Positions 29,949-35,278 of a stretch of DNA of 64,000 nucleotides are shown here, piece by piece. The DNA is taken from IMG/VR virus record IMGVR_UViG_3300027736_002225, one strand, 5' to 3'. This stretch comes from a virus. The notes beneath the pieces are model-generated. The model made no database searches. It had not been told where the DNA came from and was given only the letters and a program-made list of their open reading frames with translations. A program made the translations under genes and the position numbers. Positions within the stretch are counted from its first letter, which is position 1; each line of letters opens with the position of its first letter.

Positions 29949-30022
29949 TGGCAGAGGGTACTGGGTTTGAACCAGTGATGACAGAGTCAAAGTCTGTAGT
30001 GTTACCGCTACACTAACCCCCA
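29949..30022 (-). tRNA. tRNA-Gln(TTG)
   Basis: Loop CTTTGAC, CCA. Confidence 0.9.
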
Positions 30023-30029
30023 ACAAAAA

Positions 30030-30104
30030 TGGTCCGCCGAAGAGGAATCGAACCTCTATTAATAGCTTAGAAGGCCACTGTTCTATCCGTTGAACTATCG
30101 GCAG
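30030..30104 (-). tRNA. tRNA-Arg(TCT)
   Basis: Loop CTTCTAA, CCA. Confidence 0.92.
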
Positions 30105-30111
30105 AAAAATC

Positions 30112-30381
30112 TTATTCAGCTTCTACAACTGCAAGAATATCTTCTTCAGAGATAATTCCAATATACAAGTCTCCGTCTTTAACTACTTTTGATTTTGTCC
30201 ACATAGGATAAACAATATCTCCAACCTTTACTTCTTTAACATCTGGCCCAATAGCAAGAACTGTACCTGCTCGAGTATTGCTGTCTCCATTAGCTTCACC
30301 TAAATAGATTCCGCTATCTGTAACTTTTTTCTTTTCATTCTCAATGACCAGAACTTTGTTCTGCAATGGGATATAGTTCAT
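30112..30381 (-). CDS. groES: GroES-like co-chaperonin
   Basis: 'PLQNKVLV...TDSGIYL...GTVLAIGP...VKVGDIV...EEDILAVV'. Confidence 0.88.
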   Translation of the reverse strand: MNYIPLQNKVLVIENEKKKVTDSGIYLGEANGDSNTRAGTVLAIGPDVKEVKVGDIVYPMWTKSKVVKDGDLYIGIISEEDILAVVEAE

Positions 30382-30402
30382 AAAATTTCCTTAAAATAAA
30401 AA

Positions 30403-30477
30403 TGGTACCTTGTGACAGGATTGAACTGCCGACCGTCGCCTTGTAAGGGCGCTGCTCTACCGCTGAGCTAACAAGGC
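30403..30477 (-). tRNA. tRNA-Val(TAC)
   Basis: Loop CTTACAA, CCA. Confidence 0.92.
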
Positions 30478-30481
30478 GGTT

Positions 30482-30568
30482 TGGTGGATGCGGATGGACT
30501 CGAACCACCAACGTTTCTTATGTCACGGATTTACAGTCCGCTGCCTTCACCATTCGGCACACGCATCC
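30482..30568 (-). tRNA. tRNA-Tyr(GTA)
   Basis: Loop CTGTAAA, long variable arm, CCA. Confidence 0.92.
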
Positions 30569-30574
30569 TAAAAC

Positions 30575-30649
30575 TGGCTCCTCGACGTGGGGTCGAACCA
30601 CGGACCAACAGATTAACAGTCTGCTGCTCTACCTCTGAGCTATCGAGGA
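30575..30649 (-). tRNA. tRNA-Asn(GTT)
   Basis: Loop CTGTTAA, CCA. Confidence 0.93.
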
Positions 30650-30655
30650 ATAAAA

Positions 30656-30733
30656 TGGTCTCCGATGAGAGATTCGAACTCCCGTTATTCTTCATCCCAA
30701 ATGAAGTGCCATACCAGGCTAGGCGAATCGGAG
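30656..30733 (-). tRNA. tRNA-Pro(TGG)
   Basis: Loop TTTGGGA, CCA. Confidence 0.92.
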
Positions 30734-30737
30734 AAAT

Positions 30738-30811
30738 TGGAGCGGGGTGCGAGAATCGAACTCGCGCTATCAGCTTGGAAGGCTGAAATCCTACCATTAA
30801 ATGAACCCCGC
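30738..30811 (-). tRNA. tRNA-Gly(TCC)
   Basis: Loop CTTCCAA, CCA. Confidence 0.92.
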
Positions 30812-30817
30812 AAATAC

Positions 30818-30892
30818 TGGTGCCCCTTGCTGGAATCGAACCAACACACCCTGCTTACAAAACAGGACCTCTACCATTAAGGATAAAAGGGC
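30818..30892 (-). tRNA. tRNA-Thr(TGT)
   Basis: Loop TTTGTAA, CCA. Confidence 0.9.
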
Positions 30893-30902
30893 AAAAAAAT
30901 TT

Positions 30903-30978
30903 TGGTGGAGAATATCAGATTCGAACTGATCGCCCCCTGCTTGCAAAGCAGATGCTCTACCAAATGAGCTAATCCCCC
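30903..30978 (-). tRNA. tRNA-Ala(TGC)
   Basis: Loop TTTGCAA, G3:U70, CCA. Confidence 0.93.
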
Positions 30979-31029
30979 AAGGTGACTTATTACTTAGCCT
31001 ATTATACGCCATAAGTCAAAGCGAGTATC

Positions 31030-31106
31030 TGGTGCCCTAGGGGAGACTTGAACTCCCAGAACCTGGTTTCTAAGACCAGTACGTATACCAATTCCGTCAC
31101 CAGGGC
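31030..31106 (-). tRNA. tRNA-Leu(TAG), short variable region
   Basis: Loop CTTAGAA, 77 nt, CCA. Confidence 0.88.
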
Positions 31107-31112
31107 AAAACT

Positions 31113-31188
31113 TGGCGGTCTGTAGGGAATTCGAATCCCTCCTACAAGCGTGACAGGCTCGCGTGCTTACCGCTAACACTAACAGACC
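31113..31188 (-). tRNA. tRNA-Asp(GTC)
   Basis: Loop CTGTCAC, CCA. Confidence 0.92.
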
Positions 31189-31391
31189 AAATTAGGATAA
31201 GCTACTAGGTTCCACCCTAGCCCTTAATTGAGCGGTTACTCTGTCCATCTTTTTTATCTGGTACCTGTGTGCAGAAAGATAACTGCCTATCAGAGCCTGA
31301 GACCACGTGCTTGGACTCGCTCACGGTTTTCTGCCACCGGACCTCTATCGCTAGTCAAACGCTACTTTAACGAAAGTAGTAACGGGATTCT
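31189..31391 (-). ncRNA. Candidate structured ncRNA A (~200 nt)
   Basis: GC-richer gap between tRNAs with hairpins CTACTTT/AAAGTAG, CGGT/ACCG, GCAG/CTGC and CTAGG/CCTAG. Confidence 0.5.
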
Positions 31392-31467
31392 TGGAGTGCG
31401 CGACAGGAGTTGAACCTGCATGATACGGATTTGCAATCCGCTCCCTAGCCATTCGGGTCACGCGCAC
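31392..31467 (-). tRNA. tRNA-Cys(GCA)
   Basis: Loop TTGCAAA, U73, CCA. Confidence 0.92.
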
Positions 31468-31469
31468 AT

Positions 31470-31618
31470 ATTATTGTTAAGTGTTATCGTACAAATTCTG
31501 AGATAGCCGCTAAGCATGCTCAATGCCGATGTAGTTATTTCAGGATCAGTCGCCGGCTGCTTTGACCCGAATAGTGTAAGCGTCCTTACACGATACCTTG
31601 ATAACACTTAACAATAAT
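31470..31618 (-). ncRNA. Candidate structured ncRNA B (~150 nt)
   Basis: Perfect 19-bp terminal stem (31470-31488 with 31600-31618) enclosing a GTGTAAG-gacg-CTTACAC hairpin and others. Confidence 0.65.
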
Positions 31619-31620
31619 TA

Positions 31621-31854
31621 CCATATTAAAATGCACTAGGATGTCTGACAACAATTCCACTGGAACTAACCACGCATTCGTCATGCGACTGGTCGTCATC
31701 CACATTACAGTCCAACTTACTCCAGCGCGACGCGGAGAATCAAGCCTAAGCTGACCTCTGTCTTTCTTGTGTCAAGAAGGAGTCTGTGCGGCCACAGATT
31801 TAGTACTCCACTTGATCACCTACTGGGTTGGTAACCTAATACATTTTAATATGG
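31621..31854 (-). ncRNA. Candidate structured ncRNA C (~230 nt)
   Basis: 20-bp terminal stem (two G-U pairs on the minus strand) enclosing at least 5 hairpins. Confidence 0.65.
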
Positions 31855-31927
31855 AGTCCTGTACGGGATTCGAACCCGTGTGAATACCGTGAAAGGGTAC
31901 TATCCTAGGCCACTAGATGAACAGGAC
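31852..31927 (-). tRNA. tRNA-Glu(TTC)
   Basis: Loop CTTTCAC, CCA. Confidence 0.92.
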
Positions 31928-31932
31928 ATATA

Positions 31933-32006
31933 TGGTATCCAGTAGAGGTAACGCTCCTCTGTCTTACGATTATCAGTCGTATGCTCTACTATTGAGCTAA
32001 CCGGAT
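31933..32006 (-). tRNA. tRNA-Ile(GAT), non-canonical T-loop
   Basis: Loop CTGATAA; T-arm AGAGG-AGCGTTA-CCTCT; CCA. Confidence 0.85.
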
Positions 32007-32083
32007 ACATTTTAAAATGATATACAAATTTTAAAAGAACTATAAGCAACTAACTCTATCATTCTGTTGCTGTTTATGTGTCT

Positions 32084-32112
32084 ATTATAGCACACTCTTG
32101 ACATCTTGTCAA
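32084..32112 (-). promoter_or_regulatory. Consensus sigma70 promoter for the tRNA operon
   Basis: TTGACA-agatgtcaagagtgtgc(17)-TATAAT with extended -10 TG. Confidence 0.9.
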
Positions 32113-32155
32113 ATCTTATTTTAAAGACCCTTTGCTTTGCTAGGGTACTTAAAAT

Positions 32156-32191
32156 AAAAAACCCTCGGACTTTGCGGGTACCGAGGGTTTT
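32156..32191 (-). terminator. Intrinsic terminator (attenuator) upstream of the tRNA operon
   Basis: AAAACCCTCGG-tacccgcaaagt-CCGAGGG-TTTTTT. Confidence 0.85.
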
Positions 32192-32218
32192 AATAGATTT
32201 CAGAAATGTTCTGCAAAC

Positions 32219-32314
32219 TTACCCTCGATGCACTCTCCATGAATTTGGACGCGCAAAGCATTCTGGCTGTGTGCCATAAATGTCTTTTCCGTGGGATGCG
32301 AGTTTACTTAACAT
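32219..32314 (-). CDS. Putative leader peptide containing all 20 amino acids (31 aa; not in ORF track)
   Basis: MLSKLASHGKDIYGTQPECFARPNSWRVHRG*; AAGGA RBS; 3' end complementary to the terminator 5' arm. Confidence 0.8.
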   Translation of the reverse strand: MLSKLASHGKDIYGTQPECFARPNSWRVHRG

Positions 32315-32336
32315 TACTTTTTTCCTTGCTATAAAT

Positions 32337-32344
32337 TATTTATA
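32337..32344 (-). promoter_or_regulatory. T4-type late promoter TATAAATA driving the leader
   Basis: Exact consensus 22 nt upstream of the leader ATG. Confidence 0.8.
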
Positions 32345-32385
32345 GTCTAGAACATCTATCTATCGGTACTTTTTAAACTTTATTT

Positions 32386-32805
32386 TCAAACTGTTGCTTC
32401 TGCAAGTTCTTTGATTTCTTCAATATCGAAATCTTCATCTTTTGCTTTTACAACTTTTACTGGCTTTGTTTTCTTAGCAGGAGCAACTGGAGTCACTGGT
32501 TTGCTTTTAACAAGAGCCACTGCTTTGGTTGCTTTAACCTTTGCAGGCTTTGCTACCGCAACACCTTGTTTCTTACCCATGGTTTCTGTAATAACAGAAT
32601 TCCATTGTGCAAAGACTCCGCCCGCATCTAGCAGATACTGACAAGCTTCTGCTTTAGTCATCGGCTTAGGCAGCTCGATAAGTTCAAGTGGATTGTGTCC
32701 GCCTTTGGACAACAGCTTAACACGAGATGCCAGATCATTGGCAAAACGAACCTTGGTGCCTTGTTCGGCGTGGGTGGAAACACCTGCAACTGTGAATGTA
32801 CTCAT
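32386..32805 (-). CDS. Hypothetical early protein with Lys/Ala/Pro-rich tail (139 aa)
   Basis: 'FTVAGVS...KVRFAND...LIELPKPMTKAEA'; follows a sigma70 promoter. Confidence 0.65.
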   Translation of the reverse strand: MSTFTVAGVSTHAEQGTKVRFANDLASRVKLLSKGGHNPLELIELPKPMTKAEACQYLLDAGGVFAQWNSVITETMGKKQGVAVAKPAKVKATKAVALVKSKPVTPVAPAKKTKPVKVVKAKDEDFDIEEIKELAEATV

Positions 32806-32853
32806 AATATAGACCTTTCAAAAAATTGATAAATTAACGACTTCACATTTCAT

Positions 32854-32882
32854 ATTATATACCCTTTCGGGCGGCTTGTCAA
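32854..32882 (-). promoter_or_regulatory. Sigma70-type early promoter
   Basis: TTGACA-17 nt-TATAAT. Confidence 0.85.
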
Positions 32883-33268
32883 GCACTTTTTGTGTCCAAA
32901 AGCAAAAATTCCTTAATCTTTTTGACGTGCTTGCAATCTCTACGGAATTGGAACCCCACGCAATCACATGAGACCTTGCCATTTCCAGAAATTACGTTAT
33001 AGACTGAACCTTTTAGTTTGGACTTTACCTTGAACACTCGTGTATCTGAGCGCTGTTTGGAAAACTCAAAACCAACGATAAACCTCTTATGGATGTAAGA
33101 AGTAGGGTATTCTTTAGTCCCTGTATGTACAGAAACGTAATCGTTATCCAACCACGTAGGATTGCTAACAACTCTACCCTTGAACACTACATTGTCGTAT
33201 TCTACGTTAAGTAGATTGGACTTGAATCTAGCGTGCAGCTCTACGGTTTGACCTATTTCTAACTTCAT
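32879..33268 (-). CDS. SWIM zinc-finger protein (start revised to 33268)
   Basis: 'CDCVGFQFRRDCKH' CxCxnCxH motif. Confidence 0.75.
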   Translation of the reverse strand: MKLEIGQTVELHARFKSNLLNVEYDNVVFKGRVVSNPTWLDNDYVSVHTGTKEYPTSYIHKRFIVGFEFSKQRSDTRVFKVKSKLKGSVYNVISGNGKVSCDCVGFQFRRDCKHVKKIKEFLLLDTKSA

Positions 33269-33274
33269 AACCAT

Positions 33275-33303
33275 ATTATAACAGAAAAAAGAACCCGAGT
33301 CAA
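33275..33303 (-). promoter_or_regulatory. Sigma70-type early promoter
   Basis: TTGACT-17 nt-TATAAT. Confidence 0.8.
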
Positions 33304-33316
33304 ATGCTCGGGTTCT
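33285..33316 (-). terminator. Intrinsic terminator overlapping the promoter -35 box
   Basis: AGAACCCGAG-catttga-CTCGGGTTCT-TTTTT. Confidence 0.75.
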
Positions 33317-33358
33317 AGGTGTTGTTTTTTAACAACAGGGTCGTTTTTTGCTTAATTT

Positions 33359-33511
33359 TTAAGCATTTTCCTTCTCGATTATTCCTTCTGATTCTAAATA
33401 GTCTAAAGTATCCTCGACTCCTTCGTTGTGACCCCATTTAAAGCACGCATAGCATGCTGCAAGCATTAGGGCTATTTGTATCATATCATATAGCGTAAAT
33501 GTATAATTCAT
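33359..33511 (-). CDS. Small membrane protein (50 aa; not in ORF track)
   Basis: MNYTFTLYDMIQIALMLAACYACFKWGHNEGVEDTLDYLESEGIIEKENA*; aaggag RBS. Confidence 0.7.
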   Translation of the reverse strand: MNYTFTLYDMIQIALMLAACYACFKWGHNEGVEDTLDYLESEGIIEKENA

Positions 33512-33540
33512 ATTTCGCTCCTTATAGTTATTTTAGCATA

Positions 33541-34026
33541 TCACAAAAACCAATCAGCTTGCCGTTGTTTTAGATTTTTAAATTGATCATGTTCAATTAT
33601 AAATTTTGCAACAAGACCATTTTCCATACCATAGGCTTCTATTTCCCATGGTTGGTCCCAATAGGAATAGTCTTCATCATATTTCACACCGAACCATGAT
33701 GTAATACATCGGCTTTTACTAAACCTATCTTTTACCTCTCCTTTGGCTAGTTGTTTTAGATGAACCATTTCGTGTGCGAGAATTTTAAACATAAGAATCG
33801 TTTTTTTAGTACGCTGTATGTCAATGCTAAATTCTCGGGGATTGCCTGTATCACTAAATTCATAATTACAATATCCACCTGCATCTATATTGTCTCTTAC
33901 TGTAATTTTAACAGTAATATTCTTTGACATCTGAGGTGAGAGCAAATTTCCTGCATAGGAATGCGCCGCCAATTTAAGTAGTTTTACGAGAGTGTTATCT
34001 TTCGCGTTTCTGACGGTGACGTACAT
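33541..34026 (-). CDS. Putative zinc metallopeptidase
   Basis: 'LAHEMVHLKQ...PWEIEAY' HExxH...E motif; late promoter TATAAATA at 34043-34050. Confidence 0.75.
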   Translation of the reverse strand: MYVTVRNAKDNTLVKLLKLAAHSYAGNLLSPQMSKNITVKITVRDNIDAGGYCNYEFSDTGNPREFSIDIQRTKKTILMFKILAHEMVHLKQLAKGEVKDRFSKSRCITSWFGVKYDEDYSYWDQPWEIEAYGMENGLVAKFIIEHDQFKNLKQRQADWFL

Positions 34027-34059
34027 TTTTGCCCTCCCATTTTATTTATAATGGTTAGG

Positions 34060-34887
34060 TTATGTCCAAAGTGAGTCTCTAGCTTTAATAAGACGAATCA
34101 TCATTTCTTCATCTTCCTTTTCGTAGGCCGTATCTATATCATCCATCATTTTAAGCATAGCAGCGGTATCTACTTTATCATCTTTGTTTAGAACACTAAA
34201 CAACGTGCCATCACTTCTCTTACTTTCACAATATGCAGACCACCCACTTGTTTCCATGGAGTCAACACGCAATGGGCGAATAGTAGTCCACCAGAGGTAA
34301 AGTTCTTTAATTTCTATAGCGCGCAATGCTTGACCTGCAGGCTTACCATAGTCTGTAGAGTCTTCTTCAACTCCCCAATCTTTATCCATCATTAGACTAG
34401 ACGCCCAATCTAGATGATCGAGACCTGCTTGAGGGCAACGCCAATTGCGCCAACGAAACCAACCACTTGCCCAAAATGGAGCTTTATATTTTGCTTTGGC
34501 ATCTTTATCGCCCCAGGCAATGTGATGCCATGCTTGTTCTATTTCAACAAAGTCCACCAGCTCATTAAAAAGGCAAGGAAGGAAACGGTTGCCAACATCG
34601 TACCATTGCCCTGGTTTGATATCTCTGGGATGAGCAGTAAGAGAATGAGTGCGAGTAACCCAACGATTATTAATATAATACTTAACATTATAAAGCCCAT
34701 CTATAGGGGCAAAGATAAACGTTTGCAGTTTATCTAAGCCTTCTTCAGCAATCCAATAACGGATAGGATACTTAGCTTGAGCTTCCTTATTCCATTTATC
34801 CCACCCCTCAGCAGTTTCTGCTTTTGGTTTAAACGTCCCTCTAATCCACTCTGCAAATTTACTATTTGACCAGTAGTTACTTCTCAT
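34060..34887 (-). CDS. Hypothetical Trp-rich phage protein (275 aa)
   Basis: Long ORF in operon; C-terminal 'MMIRLIKARDSLWT'. Confidence 0.65.
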   Translation of the reverse strand: MRSNYWSNSKFAEWIRGTFKPKAETAEGWDKWNKEAQAKYPIRYWIAEEGLDKLQTFIFAPIDGLYNVKYYINNRWVTRTHSLTAHPRDIKPGQWYDVGNRFLPCLFNELVDFVEIEQAWHHIAWGDKDAKAKYKAPFWASGWFRWRNWRCPQAGLDHLDWASSLMMDKDWGVEEDSTDYGKPAGQALRAIEIKELYLWWTTIRPLRVDSMETSGWSAYCESKRSDGTLFSVLNKDDKVDTAAMLKMMDDIDTAYEKEDEEMMIRLIKARDSLWT

Positions 34888-35072
34888 TTATTATTCCCCA
34901 CAGTATTTTTAGTTACGCTAGCAATTGCTGCAAGTACTTCTTTAGTAAGTTGTTCATCATCCCAAACCAATTCAACACGACCATCTTCATTTTTTGTAAC
35001 CGTCAGATGGGTGCCTTGAATAATCTTGGGCCAGGTTTCAATAGTCGTATTTTTTGGTTTGCGTGATGCCAT
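34884..35072 (-). CDS. Hypothetical protein (62 aa)
   Basis: Tightly packed between its neighbours. Confidence 0.6.
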   Translation of the reverse strand: MASRKPKNTTIETWPKIIQGTHLTVTKNEDGRVELVWDDEQLTKEVLAAIASVTKNTVGNNK

Positions 35073-35074
35073 AA

Positions 35075-35269
35075 TTAAGCCTTGGTTTTTGCTTCTGCGC
35101 GAGCTGTACGAACTTCGGTAATTTCTGTTCGACGAGCTTTAATTGATTTTCCTAGTTCCTGCAATGCTTTGCGAGCACGGGTGCCTGCAGCATTGTTACC
35201 CTTTTCAAACTTCTCATTTTCCGCTTCGTATGCTGCCAATTGTGTTTTAATATCTTCATGTGCGCTCAT
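35075..35269 (-). CDS. Histone H1-like Hc1-family small protein
   Basis: 'EKFEKGNNAAGTRARKALQEL...RRTEI'. Confidence 0.75.
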   Translation of the reverse strand: MSAHEDIKTQLAAYEAENEKFEKGNNAAGTRARKALQELGKSIKARRTEITEVRTARAEAKTKA

Positions 35270-35278
35270 TTTATTTCC

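Noticed and set aside
30985-31020. TTGACT and TATAAT in the Leu-Ala spacer as a promoter
   Set aside because: The hexamers are only 7 nt apart; better explained by an 8-bp TGACTTAT/ATAAGTCA hairpin.
29671-31413. Track ORFs overlapping the tRNA array (29671, 30481, 30531, 30665, 30797, 30994, 31228; also 26310)
   Set aside because: They run through clear tRNA cloverleaves or structured RNA; chance frames.
31189-31854. Assigning the structured RNAs to tmRNA, RNase P RNA, hammerhead or HDV-like (theta) ribozymes
   Set aside because: I could not find the diagnostic cores (tRNA-like GGGG...CCA ends with a tag ORF, GAGGAAAGUCC, CUGAUGA/GAAA, nested HDV pseudoknot) by eye; left unassigned pending cmscan.
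26372-32006. Suppressor tRNAs or stop-codon reassignment
   Set aside because: No CTA, TTA or TCA anticodon is present, and core genes are full length in the standard code.
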